64,000 nt of DNA, taken from IMG/VR virus record IMGVR_UViG_3300011113_000640, positions 248,001 through 312,000 of that record, one strand, 5' to 3'. Positions 53,829 through 62,758 of this stretch are shown piece by piece. Position 1 is the stretch's first letter. Every line of letters starts with the position of its first letter. Position numbers and translations under genes: made by a program. The notes under the pieces are model-generated. The model was not told the DNA's origin, did not search any database, and saw nothing but the letters and a program-made list of their open reading frames with translations.

Positions 53829-54402
53829 GATCAAATGGAATTTTTCTCAAGTCTGGATAAATTCCTGGTTGCGATTTGGGGTCAATAGTTGGTAATAGTT
53901 CCAAGCCCTTGGCACACAATTCCAAAGTAGGGCAATAATGCCACCCTAAAATTAATTCTGTTTCTTCTTGCCAAGGTATGTGTAAGTCTCGCCCATCTGC
54001 TCTTTGTCGACTAAACACTTTGTATGCTTCTGCATCGTCCAGCAATATTGCTCCCGCCTTGCCCAACTGCAAAGGTTTGGTCCAACCAAAGCTCAAACAT
54101 TGAAATTGACCTGCACGATACATGTTGCGTTCCAAGCGTCTGGCACTGTCCCATATACGAGAATTGGCAAATTGATATTCGCCTCGCCAGGTTTGATCAG
54201 TAAGTTTGTAATCAACACCCAGATGAGTCAGCATCATAGGAACACTGAGATAAGTGTATGCTGTAAAACTGGTTTGTTTTACCCGATCATATCTGAAACA
54301 TAGTTCAAGAGCATGTGTACAACCATCTGTGAGTACCACATAAGGTGCGCCAGTGTACTCGGCCAAGGCTGATTCAAAGTCAAACAAGGCTTGAAAACTC
54401 AT
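53815..54402 (-). CDS. Short DegT-family PLP-dependent enzyme (195 aa)
   Basis: DGCTHAL, WDSAR, SFGWTKPL..GKAGAIL. Confidence 0.8.
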   Translation of the reverse strand: MSFQALFDFESALAEYTGAPYVVLTDGCTHALELCFRYDRVKQTSFTAYTYLSVPMMLTHLGVDYKLTDQTWRGEYQFANSRIWDSARRLERNMYRAGQFQCLSFGWTKPLQLGKAGAILLDDAEAYKVFSRQRADGRDLHIPWQEETELILGWHYCPTLELCAKGLELLPTIDPKSQPGIYPDLRKIPFDLAKI

Positions 54403-54761
54403 TCGCTTAGATGATCCTTTTTGATTTCTCGCACCGAACATCCTAGTTGTTCAGCTATGGAATTTTTTAGCTGTATTCTCTGATTATTTAAATTTCTTAT
54501 CATGATAGCTCTACGGCCTAATTCTTCCAACGACAATTCAGATTCTCTGCCTGATTTTAATTCTGCTTCTAAATTCCAAATTTCACTGTGTATGCCATGC
54601 AGTTGAGCTAATTCTTGTTCGACCATGCCAAGATCGTATCCGCTGTCGTTGAGCTGACGATCATAGAAATCAAATTCTTCCTGATTCGCTCCATTGGTCT
54701 TGGCTAATTTTAACTTGGCAATGGCAAATCTGTCTACCAGTTCGATCACAGGAAATATCAT
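54399..54761 (-). CDS. Helical hypothetical protein
   Basis: ELVDR..I..LK, IW.LE, N..R..LKN.I; ATGA overlaps. Confidence 0.75.
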   Translation of the reverse strand: MIFPVIELVDRFAIAKLKLAKTNGANQEEFDFYDRQLNDSGYDLGMVEQELAQLHGIHSEIWNLEAELKSGRESELSLEELGRRAIMIRNLNNQRIQLKNSIAEQLGCSVREIKKDHLSE

Positions 54762-55786
54762 AGATACATGGTCTCAAGTCGTTTAGGATCATCTAAAATC
54801 TTTTGTATTTCAATATTGTTGACATTGGGCCTGCATGGTCGGCATAGGCCAACATTGGTTCGATTGTAAATCTCTTGGTGTCGTTTGCCCAACCACAGGT
54901 CTCGGAAATCGCCGGAATCCCAAGAACCTAGTTCAAACTGTGGATCACCTTTGCCTTCACAACACACATAAATCTTGCCATTGGCACAAAACACTGGAAA
55001 ATGAAACATTTGGTGGCATTTTTTATAAGTTCTTGGCAGGGTCTTGTTGGTGTTAACCCAATATTTTACATTGTGCTTTTGTCCAAGATGTTCTAACATG
55101 GTCAAGGTAGCATCCGTCAACGTATGTGCCTGATTGTTTACTATCACTGGTCTAAAATACAACATTCTGCCGCCCAGGCGTTTGACCAGGGCAAACAAGT
55201 CATCCATGGCTTGATAATTGTCATTGAGCGGATTGATCAAGCATTTGAAATCTACATTGGCTCCGGCTTCGATCAAGGCCCGGGCATTGTCACACACCTT
55301 GTTGAACAAACTCCTGGCTGTAAGACTGCGTCGGATCTGTTCATACAGATCCTCAGTGCCAGCATCTATATCTATGCCAATCCAGGCTATCTTGCGTAGT
55401 TTTTCCACGGACACACTGCTCAACAATTTGTCTAGATTGCTTCCATTGGTAGTGATACTACAAAAAAATCCCAAGTCAATGGTGTGTTCTATCACATGTT
55501 CATAACCAATCAATACCGTGGGTTCGCCGCCGCCTGGATAGGTAATGGTGTGCGTGGTACCATAACTTCGAGGACTGTGCGCTCGCCACCCGGCCAATTT
55601 ATCCAAGAGGTCAATGTATTCAGTGTATTTTTTTTGCACCGGTTCTTGAGCTCTAAATTCTGCCGAGTTGCAATAGTAACAATCTTGATTGCACACATTG
55701 GTCAGATCGATGTCTACCTGCGCAGGCAAGATACCCATGCTGTCTTGATTTTTCATCCAGTGGACGAGTTCGGCAAATTGATACAT
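54758..55786 (-). CDS. Radical SAM/SPASM protein
   Basis: CNQDCYYC, GGGEP, C-terminal C..YVCC..C..CRP. Confidence 0.9.
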   Translation of the reverse strand: MYQFAELVHWMKNQDSMGILPAQVDIDLTNVCNQDCYYCNSAEFRAQEPVQKKYTEYIDLLDKLAGWRAHSPRSYGTTHTITYPGGGEPTVLIGYEHVIEHTIDLGFFCSITTNGSNLDKLLSSVSVEKLRKIAWIGIDIDAGTEDLYEQIRRSLTARSLFNKVCDNARALIEAGANVDFKCLINPLNDNYQAMDDLFALVKRLGGRMLYFRPVIVNNQAHTLTDATLTMLEHLGQKHNVKYWVNTNKTLPRTYKKCHQMFHFPVFCANGKIYVCCEGKGDPQFELGSWDSGDFRDLWLGKRHQEIYNRTNVGLCRPCRPNVNNIEIQKILDDPKRLETMYL

Positions 55787-55789
55787 GTT

Positions 55790-56740
55790 TTACTTAGTGC
55801 TATACCAAGCCCAGGCATGACGAACCATGTCCTCAAGCCCATATTGTGGTTGCCAAGAACTGACCTTTGCAAATTTGGTACTGTCGGCTGTAAGTATGGC
55901 CGGATCTCCTGGCCTTAAAGGTCCTACTCCTAAGTTTACACGTTGACCCGTGATCTGTTCGGCCATGTTGATGATCTCTCGATTGCTGTGGCCGGTGTTG
56001 GTACCAAGATTGTATAGGCCAGTGGGTATTTTCGTGTCGCAGACCAGGATATGTGCATCGGCCAAGTCTTCCACGTGTATGTAATCTCTGATACAGGTAC
56101 CATCCACAGTAGGGTAGTCCGTGCCATTGAGGGTAAAGTGTGTGTTGTCTCTAATGCTTTCTAAGACTCTAGCGACGATGTGTGTGGCTCCAGGTCTTTG
56201 TCCATGTCGTGCCTGGCTGTCTGCTCCGCAGGCGTTGAAATAACGAAAGCTCACATAGTCCAAGTCATAGGCACGATGATAACTCTGCAACATCCAATCC
56301 ACCATGAGCTTGCTTTGACCATAGGGGCTAATGGGCTCTGCAGGATCTATTTCCTGGCAGGGTGTTATTACAGGATTACCATATGTGGCCGCACTTGAAC
56401 TAAAGATCAATCTGGTTTTAATTTGTTTTTGTACCAACCAATCGCAAAGTATCTTGGTCCGAACAAAGTTGTTCTCGTAGTATTCCTCAGGATCCAACAT
56501 GCTAGGACCCACAAGACTGGTGCCGGCACAGTGTATGATGGCATCGGGCTGGAATGTTTCTATGGCACGCAGAGACACTTCACCGGCAAAATCTGCCACC
56601 AGCCACTTGGCACCGCAGTCGATCAAGGGATTGGGATCAAGACTACGATCAATAGCAAACACACTGTGCCCACGATCCAATAAACCAAGAACTGTTTGGC
56701 CACCTATGTAGCCAGCACCACCGGTGACTACTACTCTCAT
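55790..56740 (-). CDS. galE: UDP-glucose 4-epimerase
   Basis: TGGAGYIG, SSSAATYG, YGQSK, RYFN, DGTCIRDYIHV.DLA. Confidence 0.93.
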   Translation of the reverse strand: MRVVVTGGAGYIGGQTVLGLLDRGHSVFAIDRSLDPNPLIDCGAKWLVADFAGEVSLRAIETFQPDAIIHCAGTSLVGPSMLDPEEYYENNFVRTKILCDWLVQKQIKTRLIFSSSAATYGNPVITPCQEIDPAEPISPYGQSKLMVDWMLQSYHRAYDLDYVSFRYFNACGADSQARHGQRPGATHIVARVLESIRDNTHFTLNGTDYPTVDGTCIRDYIHVEDLADAHILVCDTKIPTGLYNLGTNTGHSNREIINMAEQITGQRVNLGVGPLRPGDPAILTADSTKFAKVSSWQPQYGLEDMVRHAWAWYSTK

Positions 56741-57936
56741 ACTTTTCTCACGTGATATTTGGCCTGGCTCACATGGTCTCTGTAGCGATTGCCTGCACGG
56801 TTCCAAGACTCACCCTTGCCCTCCAGGATATCTACGATACGATCCACAGTACCGTCGGTCCAGTCTGAGATAAGACCCTGGTTGTGATGCGGTGCTCCCA
56901 GCAAGTTTTCTAACTTGTGGAAGGCATCATCAATGCTCCAAGGCACATACAGGCGATTAGGATCGTCAGCAAAGGTTTCAGGGAAACTGCGATAAGCAGG
57001 ATACAGCACGTTGCAACCAAGAGTATCGGCTTCTGATACTGTGTTAGATACCCAGTCTTGTAAAGCACAATTAAACAACACACGAGTATCGTTGAGAAGA
57101 TTGTAATAATCATTTTTCTTCAAGTCCTCATAGATTTTGAGTCGGCCTTGTGATTCTAACTCTCTGGCCCGCAGGATATAACGCACATTGTTGCTTCGTA
57201 GTGGTCCGCCTTGAAACACAGCGAACTCGATATCCTTGTGTCGTCCTTGAGCCAGATACATTTCAATCAAGTCCATGTAAAAGTCTGGTTGTTTCTCTTG
57301 ATCAAATCTCGCGGCAAAGCCCACACGCATTTTTCTTTGGTCAAATGGTTTCATATTTTCTGCGCCACCAATGCGTTCCAGCACTTCTTGTTTGCCAAAT
57401 GCTAATCCACTGATGTTGTAGATTGGAGCAGTCCATCCTGCAATACGCATGTGGGCAACCATTTCTTCGTTGGTGGCCAATACCCCTGTCACGAATTGGT
57501 TAACCATCTTTTCATACGTCGACATCCACTCCGCCATGCCCCATACATGAACAAAGTCATCCGGATCAATGGCTTGAGCAAGACAACGTACATAAATGCG
57601 AGGACGCTGAGACTCAGGCACTTGATCCAGAATATAAGGTAAGCTCTCGATACCGGGCTGAAACATGTCTTCAAAGTAGATAATATCTTCACGGGTGACT
57701 TCTCCATTCCTCATCATTTGCACCAGATTCATCATCTGGCTCATGCTAAAGTAACTGCGGCCATGTGCATCCAATACCTGGCCCACGCTGATGCTTTGCG
57801 TGTTGTCAATGGTGGATCCCGGAACATACACAACATCTAGACCGCGGCGTTCAAATACCCTGCGATTCCATTCTGTGAGTTGTAGGGTGTAACGAGCTTC
57901 GTAGCTCTCTAGACCCATGTAGAACAATTTTCTCAT
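56737..57936 (-). CDS. GT-B (GT4-like) glycosyltransferase
   Basis: FAARFDQEKQP, LQDWVSNTVSEA..G, YP..RSFPE. Confidence 0.8.
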   Translation of the reverse strand: MRKLFYMGLESYEARYTLQLTEWNRRVFERRGLDVVYVPGSTIDNTQSISVGQVLDAHGRSYFSMSQMMNLVQMMRNGEVTREDIIYFEDMFQPGIESLPYILDQVPESQRPRIYVRCLAQAIDPDDFVHVWGMAEWMSTYEKMVNQFVTGVLATNEEMVAHMRIAGWTAPIYNISGLAFGKQEVLERIGGAENMKPFDQRKMRVGFAARFDQEKQPDFYMDLIEMYLAQGRHKDIEFAVFQGGPLRSNNVRYILRARELESQGRLKIYEDLKKNDYYNLLNDTRVLFNCALQDWVSNTVSEADTLGCNVLYPAYRSFPETFADDPNRLYVPWSIDDAFHKLENLLGAPHHNQGLISDWTDGTVDRIVDILEGKGESWNRAGNRYRDHVSQAKYHVRKV

Positions 57937-58154
57937 ATGTTGCGACCCAGCCTGCGAGCATCTTCCACCCACATGTTCTTGGCATTTTTGCCCTGGCTGA
58001 ACTTGTTGTACTGTTGCCAGGCATAGGCCTTGAAGTTGTAGAGATCTTCCTCGCGGAATCTGTAGCCATAGTCGCGACAGAACTCCAGGAAGTTGCTCAA
58101 CTCTTCTAGTGTTTGTAATGCACGTGGATTGGGACGGTATTCACGCTTGCCCAT
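57933..58154 (-). CDS. Small hypothetical protein
   Basis: AAGGA SD; ATGA overlap with GT gene. Confidence 0.8.
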   Translation of the reverse strand: MGKREYRPNPRALQTLEELSNFLEFCRDYGYRFREEDLYNFKAYAWQQYNKFSQGKNAKNMWVEDARRLGRNI

Positions 58155-58165
58155 GATGTTTCCTT

Positions 58166-58615
58166 TTAAATTTTGATTGATTGATAAGGGCGAGAAGTTT
58201 CATACTTGATAAGGCAACCGTTCTCGCCATCTTCGGCCACCTCAATCCATACAGCACGCTCGGGATAACGTGCAGCTATCTGTGTATATAGGTCATCTGC
58301 GATCATCTCGCAACTTTTCCAGTCTAGAGCTAGAACGGTATTTTGACCATGATACAACGACTCGAGCCATCGTTTGAACTGGATAAACTCGATGTCCCGG
58401 TCATTGTGCCACACATCGATCCACACCCGGAAATGAAAAATGTGCCTATGAGGACTAGCAAGAAACGATACATCATACTCTCCTGCTGTATTTAACTTGG
58501 GATCAGTGGCAGCTGCCGGATAACAATGGATTCCTTCTCGACGGAACGTGACCCAGATCTTACGCTCTGCATGTTCCTTGATGCGTTCTATATTTTCTCT
58601 TTCGCTTTGAATCAT
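58166..58615 (-). CDS. QueD-paralogue T-fold protein (DpdL-like candidate CDG decarboxylase)
   Basis: EGIHCYP..LASPHRHIF (LxxxHRHxF), RDIEFI, SCEMIA, EDGENG. Confidence 0.7.
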   Translation of the reverse strand: MIQSERENIERIKEHAERKIWVTFRREGIHCYPAAATDPKLNTAGEYDVSFLASPHRHIFHFRVWIDVWHNDRDIEFIQFKRWLESLYHGQNTVLALDWKSCEMIADDLYTQIAARYPERAVWIEVAEDGENGCLIKYETSRPYQSIKI

Positions 58616-58839
58616 AGTGCGTTCCTCATTTCAGTGATCCACTCATCCACACGTGCCTCGGCTTCCTTCTGCGTCATGGCCGGCACAGTAATACGGTATG
58701 GTGTGCCTGGTCTATGACTGATATCATAGCGTATGGTTCCATTGAGTATCATATCGTTTTCATCACGCAACACTGTAAACTCTTGCAAGTTCATAGCACG
58801 ATAAATCAGTTCTTCTGCTTGCTGTTTTACATCATTCAT
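58612..58839 (-). CDS. Small hypothetical protein
   Basis: ATGA overlaps on both sides. Confidence 0.7.
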   Translation of the reverse strand: MNDVKQQAEELIYRAMNLQEFTVLRDENDMILNGTIRYDISHRPGTPYRITVPAMTQKEAEARVDEWITEMRNAL

Positions 58840-59354
58840 TTAAGCACCTCATCTTGGGTATATTTAGACCAGTCAGTGAATACTGACCTCCGTTGTAACG
58901 CATGTAGACTGTGGCACCATACTCCAGGATTGGTTGCCGCAAAATCTCGATCATCCAGTTTGAGTGTGGCATTGTAGCCAAACTGACGTATGTAAGGTAG
59001 TTTGACCGAAATCATGGGAATAAAGTTATGGAACTCTACCAAACTGCTTTCCAGTAAGCCTTCGGCCTGTGCTACATCCAGGTCCAAGGTACAATAGTTG
59101 GGAATCTGTTCTAGACAAACACGGATCATCCATTCCCAATCACGCCAACCATCGCCGTCGTTTTTATCTAACGCTGGAAAACTTTGATTGGCACCAAAGT
59201 AAATGTGTTCACAATCATTGTTGTTGAATTGTTGTAGAACAATCTGTGGATCTTGTATGCCCACCACAAACAAGGTCTTGAGACCATATGCTGGCGAGTG
59301 TTCTACTTCGGTTCCAATAAAGAAACTTACCGCTTCATGTCCTTGTCGGTTCAT
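58836..59354 (-). CDS. Hypothetical protein in deazaguanine operon
   Basis: FFIGTEVEHSPAYGLKTLFV, HIYFGAN, NPGVWCH; ATGA-coupled to the TGT-like gene. Confidence 0.75.
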   Translation of the reverse strand: MNRQGHEAVSFFIGTEVEHSPAYGLKTLFVVGIQDPQIVLQQFNNNDCEHIYFGANQSFPALDKNDGDGWRDWEWMIRVCLEQIPNYCTLDLDVAQAEGLLESSLVEFHNFIPMISVKLPYIRQFGYNATLKLDDRDFAATNPGVWCHSLHALQRRSVFTDWSKYTQDEVLK

Positions 59355-60922
59355 CGTATCTGATCATGTTCGAGTTGATCTAATCGGGCCTGTTGGTCCG
59401 GGCTAAATTGTTCTTCTAATTGTACACTGTCTGACTCGTTGTCGTCAACTGTTTCGAACAGTTGGTTGAACATGGGTCTGCCGCTCTTGGCTTTTTTGCC
59501 TTTGAATCCACGTGTGCCAATAATTTCCATCCAATAGCGATCATACTTTTCAATGATCTTTTCGGCTTCTGCACGATCTGGTGTGGCAAATATCGCATCT
59601 ACAATATCTCGGAAATATTCATGATCACCATCTTCTTTACGCATCATGTAGGGATACCGGCCAGAATCGTATTCTCTATTGGCACGCTGTACCGCTTCGA
59701 TGTGCATCCAAACATTGTGACCCATCAACAATGCGTAACTAAAGCTATCCCACGATGTCTTGCCTTCTTTGCCAATCTTGTTTAAGTCTCCTGGCTTGTA
59801 GATACAGATGTCTTTCATCTGTAGTTGTTTGCTGATAGGACTTTCGTCAAAGTGATCAATGAGTCCATCGGCCAACACAGCCGGTCCAAACTGGCGTGTG
59901 TCTGTGGCATACTTCTTGTCGTCCACAATGGGACTCATTCTGTAACACCATTTGCCTTCGTGTGGAAGATCAATGTGATGATACACTTGACCGTTGGCAG
60001 TTGCCAAGAATGGACTGGCACAATCAAATGATATAGTAAATGCTGGATTAACATATCGGCGAACCGCACGTTGGATGTCGGTAAGCAACACTGCCCATTC
60101 AAGTTTACTTGTGCCCAAGAAGTGCATCCAATCATGTACGCCTTCTTGCAATAGGCCATCATGCCGCAAGGCCACAAGTCTACGCAAAATCAGGTGTACG
60201 TCACACATGTTCTGACCGCCCATGGCCCAGCCATCAAAGTGTGTGTCTGGATACTTTGCAGGATCACAATACTCTTTCATGATTTCATACCAGTCGTCGG
60301 CATTCTTGTGATTGTCGCCTTGTAATACGTTCAGGATCTTGGTACCGCCATTGGCTTTGCCTTTGCGATTGGCCATGAAGTATTCGTTGTTGTACTTGGT
60401 GGCATCAATTGCCTGCTGCAGAGTTTTAATCTGGCAGGCATCGCTTGCCTTTTGATCATGGATTACCCAGGTTGGAATATCCAATGTCATACAATAGTCA
60501 CTGACACTGTCCAACCAAGTTAGCACTGCCTTGCGTTTGGTTTCAGCTTTTTTACAGCCCGAATTGGCCTTCCAGTCACCTTCCCACAGGCCCTTGGCAA
60601 TCTGGAATCCACCTGAATCGCCCAGCATCAAGGTATTAGGATCACGGTTACGCACCATGTCTTCTGACCAGTCCTGTTTGTTCAAATCAAGATTGGCATG
60701 GCCACCCGAATATAGAGACCACCGGTAAGGAAACAGACCTTTTTGGCTGTTGAGCCAGTTCATCTGCTCCATGTCCTGGATACCAGCGGGCATCCTTGCT
60801 GGATCCACATAAGGTCCAGCAGGATCACGTTGCTTGCCTACGAATGTAGCATAGAAACCACTGATAGCCGGCAAGAACACAGCATAATCATTTTGCTTGG
60901 CGGTAAGGTTATCTTGACTCAT
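59351..60922 (-). CDS. TGT-fold guanine transglycosylase (DpdA-like)
   Basis: DSGGFQ, LDIP, NVLQG, GWAMGG, HFLG, SFDCASP, HN; start MSQDN. Confidence 0.85.
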   Translation of the reverse strand: MSQDNLTAKQNDYAVFLPAISGFYATFVGKQRDPAGPYVDPARMPAGIQDMEQMNWLNSQKGLFPYRWSLYSGGHANLDLNKQDWSEDMVRNRDPNTLMLGDSGGFQIAKGLWEGDWKANSGCKKAETKRKAVLTWLDSVSDYCMTLDIPTWVIHDQKASDACQIKTLQQAIDATKYNNEYFMANRKGKANGGTKILNVLQGDNHKNADDWYEIMKEYCDPAKYPDTHFDGWAMGGQNMCDVHLILRRLVALRHDGLLQEGVHDWMHFLGTSKLEWAVLLTDIQRAVRRYVNPAFTISFDCASPFLATANGQVYHHIDLPHEGKWCYRMSPIVDDKKYATDTRQFGPAVLADGLIDHFDESPISKQLQMKDICIYKPGDLNKIGKEGKTSWDSFSYALLMGHNVWMHIEAVQRANREYDSGRYPYMMRKEDGDHEYFRDIVDAIFATPDRAEAEKIIEKYDRYWMEIIGTRGFKGKKAKSGRPMFNQLFETVDDNESDSVQLEEQFSPDQQARLDQLEHDQIR

Positions 60923-61025
60923 TGCGTCCTGAAAGCCATCCAGCAAGTTTTCCAATACCCACGCTTAAAAAAATAAGACCGAATATCAACACTACACTGA
61001 GTCCTAAACCAATCAACAGGTCCAT
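60909..61025 (-). CDS. 38-aa single-TM peptide MDLLIGLGLSVVLIFGLIFLSVGIGKLAGWLSGRNESR
   Basis: Hand-translated; TAATG overlap with clamp gene. Confidence 0.6.
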   Translation of the reverse strand: MDLLIGLGLSVVLIFGLIFLSVGIGKLAGWLSGRNESR

Positions 61026-61747
61026 TATTTGCTCTGTGCTGGCAGGATATAGTTGTAAACAGCAAGACCTGAATCCACAGTGATCATGGCCGCACCATCA
61101 TCACTGATTTTAAATGTCTTGTCGCCGGTCAAATCAAGTATGCTGATTACCAGGCCAATGGGCCATGACCAAGAACGCTTGAGTGTGCCCGTTACACCAG
61201 GATGGAACACAAAGTTACCCGAATGAGTTGAGTGATCGCCAAAGCTAAACTTTAGGTCACCGTTTTCGGTTTTGGCCTGGAAGTTTACTTCTTCAGCATT
61301 GGCTTGTGCCTGCATTTTCAGTCGCTGGATAGCGGCCACAGTCGGAACAAACTCAATGTGCCAATTTACACCTTTAAATTTCACAGTCTTGAGTTTTTCG
61401 TTGATGATTTCACTTGCCATGAATCTGTAGTTGTTTTTGAAGTCGCCAGTGGCGTTTTCAAAGTTGATGCCGTCGGGTGCTCCGGTATCTTTTCTCGTGA
61501 TTGACAGTCTGGCGTTGTCTTTATATTCCGACAGGCCCAGTAAGATGCGCAGTTTGCTCAAGTTGGGCATGCCAAAGTTGCCAATGAATTCGGCCACGGG
61601 TGCGGCAAATGCGCCTTCTACTACCACGCTACGATCCTCGGCTACTGCGCCAATCACTGTGGATTTGTCATCACCGGTGATCTTGATTAGGTCAATGCAA
61701 CCTAATTTCTGTGTGTGTTCTACTAAATCTAATAAATGATCTTTCAT
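61025..61747 (-). CDS. DNA polymerase sliding clamp (gp45/PCNA-like)
   Basis: 240 aa, FGMPNLSKL, C-terminal YNYILPA; close to PolB. Confidence 0.7.
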   Translation of the reverse strand: MKDHLLDLVEHTQKLGCIDLIKITGDDKSTVIGAVAEDRSVVVEGAFAAPVAEFIGNFGMPNLSKLRILLGLSEYKDNARLSITRKDTGAPDGINFENATGDFKNNYRFMASEIINEKLKTVKFKGVNWHIEFVPTVAAIQRLKMQAQANAEEVNFQAKTENGDLKFSFGDHSTHSGNFVFHPGVTGTLKRSWSWPIGLVISILDLTGDKTFKISDDGAAMITVDSGLAVYNYILPAQSK

Positions 61748-61767
61748 GTGTTATTCTCCTTGTGTTG

Positions 61768-61796
61768 ATTATACAGTGTTTATTTAGATTTTGCAA
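61768..61796 (-). promoter_or_regulatory. Promoter TTGCAA-N17-TATAAT with nested TCTAAATA
   Basis: Read directly. Confidence 0.75.
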
Positions 61797-62757
61797 CAGG
61801 TTTGGGTAGGATTTTTGCCAAGGTCTGGCCTCCTTTGAGAGATTTTAATTTTCCTGGTTTTTTTAGCTCCAACCAAACTGATGGGCCCTCGTCTTGGTGT
61901 CTGAATACTTCTTCAAAGCCCAGATAGTCAATCCAACCCATGACCAAACTGGCAGGGGTATAACAGGTTATTTCTTGTTCTACCATTTGAATTGCCTGGT
62001 ATCTATCACAATCGTTGTAGGTTATTATGGCCACACCACCTGGTGTGAGTTTTTCATAAATCTCTGTCAGATATTTTTGTATCATTTCGAAAGGTTTATA
62101 ATTCAAATAATTGTAAACCAAACAGAAAGCTAGTTGGTTGTCTGGCACCGCAGAAAACAGAGACTCGTCAAAACTTTCCTCAATGATGCTGACTCGCAAT
62201 CTGCTCCGGTAGGTTGGATTAAATTTTTCTAAAACTGGATCCAGCAAATACATGTTTTCATCCAGCACATAAAGTATGTCGCTGCCACTCATGTGATCAA
62301 TGAACCCTTCCTGAGTAGGGTGTACGATCATGGCATTGTAGTGCCAATCACAATAGGCAGCCACACGACGGTGTAGCACAGTGCGGCTGTCGTTGTCTAA
62401 AATTAATAACTTGTTTTTGTGTAGGTCAACCGATTCAGGTTGTTGAAACAATTTTGTTTCTAGTTGCTTTTCGTAGTTGCTCAAACTTTTCTGTAGCCAG
62501 AATTTTCCTTCCTGTTCGACTTTTATTTTTACTTCATTTTTAAATTCATTTATGGCTTTTTCAAAGTCTTGGAAGGCATGCTGTAAGGTTTTATTCTTGT
62601 CTGCTAGATTTAGATGACAATTTTTTTCTATTCCAGAGTCACCCAAGTTGGTTTGATGTATGATGTGCTGAAATCTTTGCTGGCTAAGTTCACTGATATC
62701 CTGCATAGACAAAATATCTAGTTGATTTTTAAGACGGACAAGTTCTACGAAATTCAT
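61780..62757 (-). CDS. Protein with coiled N-terminus and class I methyltransferase-like C-terminus
   Basis: VPDNQ..F..YNY..YL..I..KL.PGG. Confidence 0.6.
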   Translation of the reverse strand: MNFVELVRLKNQLDILSMQDISELSQQRFQHIIHQTNLGDSGIEKNCHLNLADKNKTLQHAFQDFEKAINEFKNEVKIKVEQEGKFWLQKSLSNYEKQLETKLFQQPESVDLHKNKLLILDNDSRTVLHRRVAAYCDWHYNAMIVHPTQEGFIDHMSGSDILYVLDENMYLLDPVLEKFNPTYRSRLRVSIIEESFDESLFSAVPDNQLAFCLVYNYLNYKPFEMIQKYLTEIYEKLTPGGVAIITYNDCDRYQAIQMVEQEITCYTPASLVMGWIDYLGFEEVFRHQDEGPSVWLELKKPGKLKSLKGGQTLAKILPKPVAKSK

Positions 62758-62758
62758 G

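Noticed and set aside
59351-60922. Canonical tRNA-guanine transglycosylase (Tgt)
   Set aside because: Longer and divergent, lacks the CxCxxC zinc site, and sits beside the replication genes; treated as DpdA-like
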